A stretch of DNA of 64,000 bases from Eledone cirrhosa (GCA_964016885.1 OZ024750.1:7688001-7752000), one strand, 5' to 3'; shown: positions 26,379-40,598, numbered from the stretch's first letter. Numbers and translations are program-made. Notes: generated by a model not told the origin, from the letters alone.

Positions 26379-27532
26379 GGCCCTTATATGTACATACATA
26401 TATAATACGCTAATATTAAACAGAAGGTTCGCGACAAATCAAAATTTAGCATGAAATGATCCAATGGCTGTGTACTTGTTATCATTGAAAAGAGTCTAAT
26501 TCTTTTTTTTTCAAATCGTATCTCGAAATTTCTATATCAAGTTCCCATTTTAGGAAATATGAAGCTACTAGCCATATCAATAGACGGGGCCAAAGTGATT
26601 GACAAATTCCTTCAAATGCCTTCAACCTAATACATGATCCTCCTGAACTACATACCATTTGCTAGCCAAACCTTCACCGAACGTACTCCAGTCCTTGCCT
26701 TTTTGAGATACAAGTCTCTGTTTTGCTATCTACTCAATCGGCTGGACCCACTATGGTTAATACCAGCTTTCAAACCTCTTCAGCAAAAGATACAATACTT
26801 TTTAGATATAAATACTGTCATTTTAAAAATACATAAAGCGTTATAAAGACATAGATGTGTGTATATCTCTGTGTGTGACTGTGTATGTATGCAAGGTTGA
26901 ACAAAAGATGAAGAAATTAAAGATATATATATGTCTCTCAAATATGTCAACAGGAGAGACATAGAATAAGAAAATGGCAAGATATTCTATATATTACAGT
27001 CTGAGCAATAATTTACATTCAACACTTAATTCTATACAATTCATTTATCCTCAGAAGCTTTGTAAAACATAGAAAAAAGAATCTATTATACCATATTGTT
27101 GAAAACGAATTGTTAAGTTTTATTGACAACACGAGGGCTAGAGGGAGAGAAAGAGACATATATGTAGAGAGAGACAGGCAGCGAGAGAAGAGGTTATATA
27201 TATAGAGAGAGAGACAGTGACGGGGATAGAGAGAAAATGTATATGTGTAAAACGTAAGTGATAAATTTAGAAAGTCAAGCGGACCAAGTAAATTAAATTA
27301 TATAATAACGCTAGACTAAATAAATAATTAATTAAAAATGCATATGTTCTTAAAATTAAATTATTGTTTGTATATATACTGACTAGATGCGAATTTAACA
27401 GACAGAGTAGACATGACGTCAAGGAATCATTAGTTGATAAACAAATGTTATATTGAAAGATAAGTCATTCGGAAGGCTGAATTAAGTGCGAGTATTGCAG
27501 GAGGTCGAACGGTAATGCTACAGCATACAGTG

Positions 27533-27675
27533 AAGGTGCATGGCTTAGTGGTTAGAGCATTGGGCTTGCAATCGAAAGGTTGTGAGTTCAATTCTCGGAC
27601 CGGGTGATGTGTTGTTTCCTTGAGCAAGACACTTTATTTCACGTTGCTCCAGTTTACTCTAATGTAGAAATGAGA
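27533..27675 (+). mobile_element. tRNA-derived CORE-like SINE (second family)
   Basis: A box TGGCTTAGTGG, B box GAGTTCAATTC, core-like TCCTTGAGCAAGACACTT. Confidence 0.7.
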
Positions 27676-27883
27676 TGATAGGATTAGGGTCCCTGTCATT
27701 AAATCACCCAAGACACCTCCAACGTGATATACCTTGAGGGAGGCCAGCTAAACCTGTATAGGTGTGAGCTGTCACACACACACACACACACACACACATA
27801 CGCGCACACGTACGTATATACATACATATATACATACATATATACATATATACATATATAGGTGTGAGCTGTCACACACACAG

Positions 27884-28278
27884 CTTCAGTATTCAGAAGA
27901 AGGGAGGTAAGCGTAACAGTCAAACTCGCTATTTTTAATTTTGCATTCGTGACAACCTTTACCTATGGTCATGAATCTTGGTAATGACCAAAAGAATACG
28001 ATCGAGAATACAAGCGGTCGGGTTAGGGTTGGTCTTTGGGGTAATGTTACTTGATAGTGTATAGCTCAGATATCAGAGAATCACTCCAGGTAGAGCCACT
28101 ATTTCTCCAAATTTAGAGATCACAGTTTCAATACTATGAGCATGTGGTTAAAATGTCTCAGGAAAGAATCGCTGGACAGATTTCACGGGCAAAAACAACA
28201 GGTAGGAGACCAGGAGGTAGATATAGAGTAAGATGCTTGGATAACATCCATGAGCTTGGCTGGTCTTGCTTGGGGAGT
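27884..28278 (+). mobile_element. Degenerate RTE-clade LINE ORF C-terminal fragment (Rex3/Expander-like)
   Basis: Frameshifted translation KLAIF..TFTYGHESW-VMTKRIRSRIQA..SSDIRESLQVEPL..RSQ..HV..TGRRPGGR matches the RTE post-RT region. Confidence 0.8.
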
Positions 28279-28346
28279 TAAATGACAAGAACAATTATAT
28301 CTATTAATAATTCCAAGGTTTAGAATAAGATCAAATATAACTATAC

Positions 28347-28391
<45 letters not shown>

Positions 28392-28730
28392 TTAAACATA
28401 AATGTTTACATCCCCGAAATATATACAGTATAATGAAATAAATATTCATATTATATCTTTCGTTTATTACTATTATCATCATAATACTCCAGATAAGTTT
28501 TATTTGTCGAATACTTCGTATCTGTTATGAACATAACTTAGTTGATTACATATCAACGAAGTCTTTAACTCATTGTTTATATATATAATAATATATATAT
28601 ATATATATATATGTGCGTGTGTGTCTTTTCTCTCTCTTTCTTCTCTCTCTCTCTTATATATATATCTCTCTCTCTATGTATATATATATATTAGGTTAAG
28701 TTGAAATATAAATGAATATTTAAAAATATA

Positions 28731-28775
<45 letters not shown>

Positions 28776-29021
28776 TGAGATTGTAATTATCGATTTATAA
28801 TATGGATTCAAGTGAAATTAAGTTTAAAATGGAAAACAATATTGCTATTAAGGATATATCAAATTATTTCTATATGCAATTAAGTAATATGTAAGGAAAT
28901 CAAATATTTCATACTATTATTATATTAAAACACTGCCCCACCCCTACACACCCACACACAGACATGCACATACATCCCCCATCCCATATATATATATACT
29001 CTCTCTCTATATATATACTCG

Positions 29022-29139
29022 AGGTGGAGTACTCGATACATGGGGTAGTAGAGTGGGTAATGTGAAAATATTCAGCCGCGGGGTCCTGAATATTTTCATA
29101 TTACCCACTCTATCACCCCATGTATCGAGTACTCCACCT
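29022..29139. mobile_element. Family A fold-back (54-bp arms)
   Basis: 29022-29075 is the reverse complement of 29086-29139 with few mismatches. Confidence 0.85.
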
Positions 29140-29453
29140 GATTTTTTATCACACACTATCTGATATATATATATATATGGTGGAGTTTATCATAGTTTTC
29201 GTCCACGAAATTTCGTTCTTATTGTATTGTAACTTGAAGCTATACGAGAAGTATATATACATGGGGAATCTGGATAATAATTCATTATAACTCTGAGGAA
29301 GTCTATCGAACTATTCACTCACTTTGTTCAAACATCATGACTAATTTGTAAGAAAATGAATAAGCTTATCTACCTACTCTATTATAAATATTGAGTTCTC
29401 TCCCTCCCATTTTATACTACAAAGATCAATAGATTTGAACTTTATATATATAT

Positions 29454-29620
29454 GGACACACTGGAAGAGGAAGACCAAGGTTAACATATGTTGATGCCCT
29501 AAGGACAGACACTGGTCTGTTGGAGATGCAGGATATGGCAGCGATAATGAGGGACAGAGACCGCTGGAGAGAACTCGTCCATGGATCTCGGGAATTTTAC
29601 CCGCCTTAGATAGATAGATA
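29454..29620 (+). mobile_element. 3' end of an RTE-type LINE with (GATA)n tail
   Basis: Open frame GHTGRGRPRLTYVDALRTDTGLLEMQDMAAIMRDRDRWRELVHGSREFYPP* (stop 29607-29609), the typical RTE C-terminus, followed by TAGA repeats. Confidence 0.8.
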
Positions 29621-29634
29621 TATATATATATATA

Positions 29635-29719
29635 ACAAAGAAAGTGTGGTAAGAAGTCAGGCGGATCTAGCTGTCGAAACGCCCGGAGCTCAGCCGTCGG
29701 GGTGCTGACTATTTTCCTA

Positions 29720-29720
<1 letters not shown>
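29635..29720 (+). mobile_element. Family A element (inverted tail + 3' half of hammerhead)
   Basis: Left part is the reverse complement of 34777-34810; right part is AGCTGTCGAAACG..GCCGTCGGGG. Confidence 0.7.
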
Positions 29721-29773
<53 letters not shown>

Positions 29774-29776
29774 ATA

Positions 29777-29993
29777 TAGAAGTGGTTACACAACAGTTAG
29801 TTCACCATACCGAGAACAATTGTTTCACCTTAGCAGATCCTTGGCTCGTGATGGACATTACGAGCTGAGGATCTGCTAAGGTGAAACAATTGTTCTCGGT
29901 ATGGTGAACTAACTGTTGTGTAACCACTTCTACCTAACTCTTCCCATGGACTGAGTGCTCTACCACTACGGATATTACCTTCCAGTGTTCTAC

Positions 29994-29998
<5 letters not shown>
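29777..29998. mobile_element. Fold-back element, family D
   Basis: Arms 29777-29849 and 29860-29932, then a unique tail; flanked by (TA)n on both sides. Confidence 0.85.
29861..29898 (+). ncRNA. Minimal type-I hammerhead ribozyme
   Basis: Stem I CGAG/CTCG; CTGAGGA; short stem II; GAAA; palindromic stem III ACAATTGT; GUU cleavage triplet. Confidence 0.75.
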
Positions 29999-30033
<35 letters not shown>

Positions 30034-30367
30034 CGAAATAACAAATAAACAAACAAACACAGGAGTAAATGGTACATAGTGTTATTAGCTTCACGCTTGG
30101 TGAGAGTGGGGATATATATGTATATATATATTATATTATATATGACTAAACACAAGACCTTTCCCTCATAAATCATTTTTTATTTTCATTTCTTATCCTT
30201 CTCAGTCTCCTCTAACTTTCGATTCCATCTGTTATTTCTCATTCTATCTTTCTGTGGAGGACTAGCGACCGAAAAATTATTACTCTTTTCCTATTATACC
30301 AAGCATTAAACTAATATATATCTCTATTATACTATTCTGTTTGCTCTGTTGCTTTCTGTTTACTTTT

Positions 30368-30406
<39 letters not shown>

Positions 30407-31618
30407 CCCCCCCCCGTGTGTGTATGAGTGTGTTTGTATATATATATATATATATATAGTTATTTTCTTCTATAAACATTCTAACTAAATAAATATATTG
30501 GCATACTTATTCAAGGAAAATATTTATGAATCTTCTATGCCTGTCATCCCAAAAGGTTTTTATAATCTGATACATTGAAACCATTGCAATATACGTCATT
30601 GTTGAAATAACGGACTGAAAGCTGGTGTGCTTAAACAAAGTCAAATCAGCTTACGTTAAAATAAGATGAGAGAATCCTATTTTTTTCGAGTAGCAAACCA
30701 TTCCCATTTATCAAAAATTTCGTGATTTTTTTTTTAGCATTTAATGGGTCTCTAAAGATCGATTTTCTTTATGGAATGAGTATATAATCATTTTCTCCAT
30801 TTACTGACGCATGATTGATTTTTATTTATACTTTTATTGGAGGATCGATTCTGGGTGAGGGGAAGAATAAAATAATCTCCATCATTTTCAGGCAAATGGT
30901 AGGTACTTAAGCGATCTATTATGGTGAACAAAAAAATGAGGGGGAAAATATTAGCAGATTCAAAATGCTTATGGATGATTATACTTTTTTAGTTCTTTTA
31001 GGAAAAAATGCAGATTGGATTATCTTTTGAGCAAGATGTAGATCAAGTAAAAATACAAAAATCCCAGTGTGTAATCCTGTCACTGACACAATACTCTGTA
31101 TTGGACACACAACTGTATATTTATTTACCAATTTATTTGAAAATCTATTCATTTTTCTAACATATAGATATATGGATTTGATGCTTCATTCCTTTCCTTT
31201 TTCTGTAGTAAATGACAGGTAAACATACTCCTGGGTAGGACACTAGTTTATGTTGGTAGTTAGATTCACTCACTAACATGCTTTAACTGCTAACTTACAC
31301 AGGCCGTTTACAAACATACGTTCACATACGCGTGTACACATTCCCACGCATACAAATTCACATACAGACACATAAACACACAACTTCCCCTAAATACACC
31401 GACACATACGTGTCTATGCACTTTTACATGGTGTCAGCTGATGTTTAATGACTCCAAATATAATATTCAGTAACTTAGCCAGAAACAAGCAGTTCACCTT
31501 TTGCCTTTTTATTAAATCTTCGTGAATTGCATTATATTAAGACAATAATTCGCCCCTTCTTATGCTTTATGGAAGGTTTGTGTTTCATTAGCATGGATTT
31601 CCTTGCATATCTTGGAAC

Positions 31619-31718
31619 AATACTGCAACATTTCCCGTGGAAATCTTCCTTGTTTCTATCTTGTTGAAATACTGCAACATTTCCCGTGGCAATCTTCCTT
31701 GTTTCTATCTTGTTGAAA
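31619..31718. repeat. ~49-bp tandem duplication
   Basis: AATACTGCAACATTTCCCGTGG...TTCTATCTTGTTGA occurs twice. Confidence 0.9.
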
Positions 31719-31819
31719 ACAATTTTTTAATTCGAGTTTTTGTCGTTATTCTTCTGCGTTTTTTTTTACCTCTATTGAGTAAATAGAATTAAGTGTAAGA
31801 ATTGCAGAAGGTGCTACAG

Positions 31820-31966
31820 TAATAGTTTCTACTTTTGGCACAAGGCTACCCCGTAAGAATGAAAGGTAAAGTTAACCACGGCGGGATTTGAACTCAGATT
31901 GGCAAAGGCCATAACTATATGCGTCAAAGCATGGTGTCCGACCCTCTACCGATACTGCCAGTCCAC
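31820..31966 (-). mobile_element. tRNA-derived SINE with internal deletion
   Basis: Homology to the other copies. Confidence 0.85.
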
Positions 31967-33473
31967 CAACCTTATATATACCATAACAATAATATATATA
32001 AAATAAATATATGTATGTATAATTGTGTGTTGTAATGTTTGCGTACGTGTTTGTGAATATTATTTTGCACGTGTTGTTAGCTTATTCAATGAACAACATT
32101 AACATTTATATCGTTGAAACTGCAAAAATAGTAGATGTTTGGCTGCAAATTGGCAATTATTTTTCAAAACGTTCAATCTGCAAATGGGAATAAAATTAAA
32201 GAGCTAAAATGTCTACCTTTGGCACAGTGTAGGGAATAGGTACAATCGATCGACTATATACCTATCATTTCGTGGTGTGTATTTTATCGATCCCAAAGTG
32301 TTGAAAATTTAAACAACGTCAGTAAATATGTTTGAGCTGGATCTTCTTCAGTACTGACGATGAGTGTTCCAGTTGTTTGAAAATACATAACAGCTTGCTC
32401 GCTCGTGAATCAATCAGCTAGTGTCTGAACATTCCAATGACAAACATACGCTTAACGTATTTCTAAGGGAGATTCAGCATGACTCACTCCATGTGGGACA
32501 AGGCTGGCTGTATGAATTACAGGTATGTCATTTTTGCCAGTTTAATGAACTTGATTCCCGTGAAATAATGTCAGCTCAAGGTCACAACTTGACAATTTAA
32601 CACGTAATGGACTTTGATCTTTAAGTAGATACCTGCAAAGTGAATCTCGTAACCACACGGCTTCGATTACCCCATTGGCCTATAATGTAGCAGAACAGTA
32701 ATGCTTTTCAGCATAACCATAATGCCATCAACTCCAGAATGGGACTGGTGCTATAGATCTTTGAACTTGTAACAATGAAAACCAAACAGGACTCAGGCAG
32801 GATTTCAACTCGGAAGCTATTACTAAGTATTTCATCTATTTCGTCGCTCACCGCTTTAATTGGTAATGATTATAATGGTTTTGGATTTAGTCATATAGAT
32901 ATCTCAAGATTGAGGAATAGATATCACGACTTATTCCACCCGATTCTTTTAATATGTGGCAAATCCATCCTTCTTTTATTGGTACTTCATTGATCAACCC
33001 TCGAAAGTAAGAAAAGCAAAGTTGACCACATGACGTAAGTAGGATTTAAACGCAGATCGTCGGATCAAATACTGAAGCATTTAATCCGATGTTGAAACGT
33101 CTCTGTCATAACTCCACAACCTTCAGTGGATTATATTCGTAATGTGCAGAAGCAGTAGAAAAATACGGGTGTATGGAGCCTATTACTATTGTATAAAATT
33201 GAGTTAATAACAAAAACGAACACATACAGTAATTGCATGAGTATACATGTGTTTGTTTGAAGAAAGAGCTTTGTATTCAATTATAGGAAAGACTCGACAT
33301 GGAAAAACCAACATTAGTTACAACATATGTGTAGCGACATTTATTATTTTCTTGTTGCTTGGGTGAGTGCATTAAGAAATATGTATGATATGTAAATAGG
33401 CGCAATAAGAAGAGGTGCTTATTATATATATATATATATCATATTAGGTGGTTCTCTCTCTCCGTATATACTA

Positions 33474-33516
<43 letters not shown>

Positions 33517-33854
33517 TTGTGCAATCATAGTGAAAAATAAATCAATGAAAAGAAATATATAATAAGGAATAATATCTTTACACCTGTATAAAAAGGAAAA
33601 AGTGTTCGCTAAGTTCAGTCGAGTAGAAAGTACGTTATTCGTTAATGGCGAGAATTGAGTAAACTAGAAAGTTTATAGTGCATGGAAAATAATATACTGG
33701 ACACAGGAAATCAGACATATATGTGTTAGGAAAGATTATATCTGAAACAAATTAAGTATCATACTGTGTAGAGAAAGCTGTTCAATAACTTATATTACAA
33801 ATGCAGAAACCCACATGCTCACATATACACACACAAGGACACGCATCTCTCTCT

Positions 33855-33890
<36 letters not shown>

Positions 33891-33960
33891 TATAAGAATA
33901 AAGGAACAAAGATTCAGTGATTCATCATAACATATTTAATAACATATTACATATGTTTCA

Positions 33961-33998
<38 letters not shown>

Positions 33999-34020
33999 TG
34001 AAACATATGTAATATGTTAT
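33891..34020. mobile_element. Family E fold-back with (TA)n as the loop
   Basis: ATAACATATTACATATGTTTCACC-(TA)n-GGTGAAACATATGTAATATGTTAT; homologous to 56529-56788. Confidence 0.75.
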
Positions 34021-34131
34021 ATATATATAATCTAATACGTGACTCCAAATGAACTTGTTGAACAAATTGAAGACAACGAATTCGAAATCATTTGATATCG
34101 ATCTAAGCAATAATTATTTGTTATGCACCTC

Positions 34132-34209
<78 letters not shown>

Positions 34210-34595
34210 GGGGGTTTGTACATAAAAACATTGAAACAATGACTGAATGTGCACTGATGTGTGCAGACTAAAGGCAATACCTTCAAGTTTCCGTTCTAAT
34301 TGGAGTCATTTATACCAAAACCTCGAGGTCGCTGTATCTAAATACACACGCACACGCACGCGCACGCAAGAAAAAGCAAGGTCAACAACTTAAATCCACT
34401 CTTTAATTTCTACTATACAGGTGGTAATGGTACATGCTTATGCAAACAATAAGTTAATAGGGAACAGCTAATTAGAATTTATTTATGCAAACCATAATAC
34501 ATATAAGATTCGAATATCGGGAATTATGTAAAGGCATACATTTTAACAAAATACAAACAGTGAAACCCATGCTAGTCTCGTCAACTTATCTATCT

Positions 34596-34813
34596 ATAGG
34601 AAAAGAGTCAGGACCCCTAAGGCTTAGCTCCCACCGTTTCGACAGCTAGATCTGAACTAACCCAGCAGTCGCATCCAGCTGTCGAAACGGCCGGAGCTCA
34701 GCCGTCGGGGTCCTGGCTCTTTTCCTATTACCCACTCTACTACCCTAAGTATCGAGTACTCTGGTGCGTTACGGTCCACCTGGTTTCTTACAACACTTTC
34801 TTTGTTTCTTTGT
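34596..34813. mobile_element. Family A fold-back plus tail
   Basis: Arms 34596-34651 and 34673-34728; GAAACGGC-loop-GCCGTC at 34684-34706. Confidence 0.8.
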
Positions 34814-35755
34814 TAATATATATGAATATATATATATGTACATTATACGTGAATTCAAGAGAAACTTGGAGCACGTGGGATTAATACGATGTGAGGTATA
34901 TTTTATATACTGCAATGTATATTGCACATTTTGGAACACGTTTAGAGCATCATTCCTTAGTTAAATGAAATATCACCACGCCTGTCATAACGAGGACAAT
35001 TTATCTCTCACCTGCTAAAGGCCATAAAACGTGAACTGAAACATGTCTTTATCAATTGGTTCTTGCTTTTAACTTTCAGTTAAAAGCGTTTTCAGATGTC
35101 ATTAAGAGACAATTTGTTACACAGTTAATGATTAGCTGTTTTTCACAGATTTATATTACGAGAATTATATTTCACAGTGCATATTACCACGAAATAATCT
35201 TAGAATTAATTTCTACACATGAAGCGACAAACAACCACCGAGCAATACATTAACTATAGAAACAAGAAGAAATATTGTAATTCTATCAGATATTTGGACC
35301 TCATGAAAGGACTTGCTTGGTTTGATATATATTTGAATATTAGATTAAAATTCCCTAATTTCCAATTAAACTGCTTATATCTCTTATCATATGTTTTAAA
35401 AATGTTTTTGAACTACAAAAATCAAACTTACAAATATAAGATAAAATTTAACTAAGAATTACAGAAATCTCAAACAAATACATCATATATATCTTGGGCC
35501 AATTAACCATTTATTTAGACTTATTTATATGCTTTACTTTCAGATACTAAAGTTGTTAAGCCAGTGGAAGAATGTGTCCTTTTCAATCATTTTAAGGCTC
35601 TTGTGTATGTGTTTTATATGTTTATGTATGTATATCTATATGAGCGTGTGCCTGTGTCTGAAATGTATTGATAGGCTCATAATTGTCCATTTTAATACGT
35701 TTAATTTCTGACACTTTAATTTAATATTCAGCTTCATTAAAATTATATATATATA

Positions 35756-35936
35756 ACCACAAACCCTCCATCTCAATTCTACTTTTGTAAGAACTGTAAA
35801 ACCGGTAAAGGACACGCATGCATATTCTTTGAAAAGACTCCAGCTGCATTTTCGATTTCATTTTTTTTCCTTATATTTTCACTCATGTAGGACATCTCAT
35901 TTTTGTTTTTCATTTAAAAAAAAACACCTCATTTTC

Positions 35937-35940
<4 letters not shown>
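35756..35940 (+). mobile_element. Family C element (diverged)
   Basis: Homologous to 14272-14412 and to the reverse complement of 14100-14165. Confidence 0.7.
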
Positions 35941-35989
<49 letters not shown>

Positions 35990-38315
35990 TGTCGAAACGG
36001 CAATAGCTCGGCCATCGGGCGCCGATTCTCTATCATGTATATATGTACAATGCGCGAGTGTGCGTGAGACTGTTAACGAAAAGCAAAAATATAGATTGCT
36101 TTGAAACGAAGTCGGCAAATGGCTGGAATTTATGGCTGAGCCGTCTGTAGACGTCATGTCTCTATAGAAATCCTGCTTTTCAGGATGTGTGAAAAGTAAA
36201 ACATAGATGTCATCACTAACCCATAAATTGTGAGAAATAAAGCTATCAAAATTGCAATGAATTTCATTATCAAATAAACTATTGTGTTGAATCAATGGAA
36301 GTGGAAATTTGAATAAAATACTTTAAAAAATCAATAATATCAATCTTCAATATTGAACAAAATGTTAGTATCTCTGGTGGTCAACTTAGAAGTATATATT
36401 CTCTAATAGTTATTTTTATTGTATCAGTATTACAGATCTGTTATAGTTTTGAGTTATAAATTCACACGTTTTACTATCTACGTTTTGTGGATAACATAGC
36501 CACTGAAAAACAAGGGGATTAAAAATGACTGTAAAATAAGAAAAGTCTACAATAAATTTTCAAATGCAGTGTTTGGAAATTATCTATTGGCAACAGACCA
36601 GATTTAATTTTAGAAAATGTTTTGAAATAACTCCTGGGGATTACCAATATAGTATTTCCTCTTCCAGTGAGAACATTATTTATGGTCAATCGCAGTAGAA
36701 AGTATAAAAGCACAACATCTAGATATTGAAGTGTGTCATAGAACTGAATAGATGGAAACGGTGATAACATATGGCTGTAGTTACATAAGCAGAGAAGTTT
36801 CTGCAATTGAAAAGCAGGAAAACTAGTCACTTGAAAAAAAGAAAATAATTAATTGAGAGAAAAAACTGACAAACATTTCTAAATATATTTAATGCATCAC
36901 AATTAATCCATTTCTTTACTAAACCGAAATGGTTCAATATCCAGGGTCATGGCTTCCAATTATTTCAAATATTGATTCTGAAATATTTTAACAATTAAGT
37001 TACATCACCTAATCTTTTCCTTGATTGATTAGCTGACACCCGAAGCCTTGTTTGTTTTGTTATTATTTCTCAAATATAATCTTCGTTTCTATACAATTGT
37101 CCGGTTGCTGATTCCATATTAATAATAGTTCTCTGTATAAGTTGATCTAATAGTTGCAGTAAGTCAACGAACTAGGCAGCTACTCAACACTTGACAAATA
37201 TCCCGACTGTAACACTTTAAATTCCATCATCTATTTAGATATTGATGATATCTAATCGACACAGCTCAGACCAATTATCTTACTTCAAATACCAGACGCC
37301 TCTTGGAACAATTGTTGTGGAAAGACTTATGTATTGAACTCCACTCGGCAGTGAAGGACAATAAATCGTGATAGTATCGCCATTTTAATTTTATTTAATT
37401 TCATCACCCACACACATGGATTAATATAAGCTATGAAAAATTATGCAATTCTCATCAATTAGGAAAATACACTTTATAAAAATGTTCTTGCGTATCTAAT
37501 CCGTTTCATGCAGTAGCTACTGTCCATTTATCTCAAATATCATTTCAAATTCACTGACGTAGTTTACTGAGATGATTTTTCTTCACTATCACTCTATTGT
37601 TTCTTTAAAGAAGAGAATACGTCAGTGTCAGAATGTGACACTACATTGTAATTGACTTAAATATTGTTAAAATGATAAGTTTAAGCCAAATATCAAATAA
37701 TTCATCAATCATCATTTAGCTAATCTCCAAATACATGAAAAACAAAAGAAAACAAAATATTTTGATAAAATGTTTTTAATAACGTTCACTCTATGTCGTC
37801 TTCATTTCCCAGACATCTAAGATAATTTAGAAATTATTGACGTAATTAAGTATTGGAAATATCTAAGTGAATGTAAAAATTATGACAGTATATGCAGATC
37901 GATAATATGACTTTTATAACGCCAACGGTTATTTATGCGTTCTCGTTTTATTACTGAATTTAATGCTTTTGATGTGAAACGAATCTCGACAACTGTGTCT
38001 CTATAAATTCAACAGAACAGTCATAAAAATATGTAGATTGTTTATGCAAAACTTCATTTCATGATATTACTTTCTGATGCAGGGTTAACTGGTGATGTTT
38101 CTGTTGCTTTTTGCTTAAATGTAAATAAACTCCGTCGCGGAGGACTTATTTTCGAAGGAATTCTTGCTATGAGCATATATTGTTTATTCGATTGACATTA
38201 CCCAAATGTGTTACTGTTAGGGGGGTTAGGGTGTATATTCGGAGAAAATAGTCTTTTATTTTTCGCAGGTTCAAAGGATGCTACGACGCTCCCTTTTGTA
38301 TTCTTACAATCCCTA

Positions 38316-38498
38316 TTGGCAGTATCGGTAGAGGGTCGGACCCATGCTTTGACGCAAAGAGTTACGGCCCTTGCCATTCTGAGTTCAAATCCCGCCTAGG
38401 TTAACTTTGCCTTTCATCCTTACGGGGTCGATAAAATAAAGTACCAGTAATGTACTGGGGATTTGCTGGCCTTGTGCCAAAAGTAGAAACAATTATTA
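38316..38498 (+). mobile_element. tRNA-derived SINE
   Basis: A box, B box, body and ATT tail. Confidence 0.92.
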
Positions 38499-38583
38499 TG
38501 TCGGTTTCAATATTTATATATTTCTGACGAGGCTAAGAACTACATACATGTTTGACGGTTGGTTGTATATCTGATGATATTCT

Positions 38584-38880
38584 TGATTGCCACACTTCAT
38601 GATTGCCACAATTCATGATTGTTTAATTCATGATTGTTTAATTCATGATTGCCACAATTCATGATTGTTTAATTCATGATTGTTTAATTCATGATTGCCA
38701 CAATTCATGATTGTTTAATTCATGATTGCCACAATTCATGATTGTTTAATTCATGATTGCCACAATTCATGATTGTTTAATTCATGATTGTTTAATTCAT
38801 GATTGCCACAATTCATGATTGTTTAATTCATGATTGTTCAATTCATGATTGCCACAATTCTTGATTGTTTAATTCATGAT
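38584..38880. repeat. Two-variant 15/16-bp minisatellite (AATTCATGATTG-TTT or -CCAC)
   Basis: Directly visible, about 19 units. Confidence 0.95.
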
Positions 38881-39974
38881 AGAGGAGATTATTACCCAGG
38901 GTGGTGATATAATAAGATAAAATACACACAGATTGAGACAGATGTGTTGCTGACTTCCTATTAACATCTGGTGAACATCTGGTGAAATTACGGTGAACGG
39001 TGAGATGTGACTCGTGTAGACACTGTGTAAAGGTGGTAGTCGTGGTTTCATGATTTTATATAAGTTTATGAGTTTTACTTTCTAATATAGAGACCAAACA
39101 CATTACATTAACAACACACCAGCCAAAGGAGTCACTAAACGCTGATGACTTGACCTACGAGAATTAGCAGCCAAATTACCCTCAAAGAACATCATAGCGT
39201 ATTTTTAGATTGCTAGGAAAATTGATTTATTGGCACAGAAACCTTTAAATGAAATAATAAAATATTGATGCATTATGCTAGTTTCAGAGTAATTATTTTG
39301 GTTGTATTCGCTGGGGTTTAATGCATCATTCGATGCTTGTTATATTAATGTTATCAGCTGAAAGTTAAATTGGAAATAGGATTCTCTTGTGGCATTACAA
39401 ATTTAAATGAAACAATTATACACCAGGGTATTAAAATCATGCCAGCCACTATATTCAAAATGGGGAGAGACGGAGACAGTGTCAGTGGGAGTTTGGTTCC
39501 CTTGTGTTCGGATATTTATTTCCCACATCACATGTTACATACACACATATAACAGTAACACTACCTCTACACTTACGGGTGCTTCACTCAATATTAATGA
39601 AGGAATGCGAGGCAATGCTAAGGAAATAGAAAACGTTGTAGAAAGGAGAGAAAAGATGTGAAGATAGGTAGCGGTAAACAGCATTGTTAGTATTTGTTAA
39701 AGATTATTCTGAAGAAGAGACAGAGAAGGACAGCAACGCGAAATAATGAGAAATTTCGTACTTAATAAATTAGTTGGTAAAACGAATTATATACAAAATT
39801 AGAAGAACTAATGTGGGAGCCCCCTGGCTGTCACATTTTTCTATCCTCAAATTAATGATTACAGTTCAATCAGTTAGTTGCAGGTGAAAGATACTCGTTC
39901 GGACGTCACATATATATACACACACACAAAATCGATGAAAAGTGTGCACATACAAAAAAAATAACAGAGCTCTG

Positions 39975-40598
39975 TAATATAACGTACCTCAATGATATAA
40001 CGTACTTCTGGGATATAACGAACTTCTGAGATCTGACGTACTTCTGAGATCTGACGTACTTCTGAGATATGACGTACTTCTGAGATATGAGGTACTTCTG
40101 AGATATGACGTACTTCTGGGATATAACGTACATCTGGGATATAACGTACTTCTGGGATATAACGTACTTCTGGGATATAACGTACTTCTGAGATATAACG
40201 TACTTCTGAGATATAACGTACTTCTGGGATAAAACGTATTTCTAGGATATGATGTTCCTCTCTAATATGACGTACTTCTGGGATAGAACGTATTTCTGAG
40301 ATATGACGTACTTCTGAGATATGACGTACTCCTGAGATATAACGTACTTCTGGGATAGAACGTATTTCTAGGATATGATGTTCCTCTCTAATATGACGTA
40401 CTTCTGGGATAGAACGTACTTCTGGGATAGAACGTACTTCTGGGATAGAACGTATTTCTGAGATATGACGTACTTCTGAGATATGACGTACTTCTGAGAT
40501 GTAACGTACTTCTGAGATATAACGTACTTCTGAGATATGATGTACTTCTGTAATATGACGTACAACTGAAATATAACGTAATTCTAAGATACTACGTA
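39975..40598. repeat. 18-bp minisatellite (TCTGRGATATRACGTACT)
   Basis: Directly visible; source of the YVISQK ORFs. Confidence 0.95.

Noticed and set aside
27533-27605. tRNA gene
   Set aside because: The tRNA-like head runs directly into a SINE core and lacks a proper acceptor stem; the same applies to the other A/B-box copies
30860-31050. Possible decayed Tc1 transposase fragment
   Set aside because: Resemblance too faint to support without a profile search
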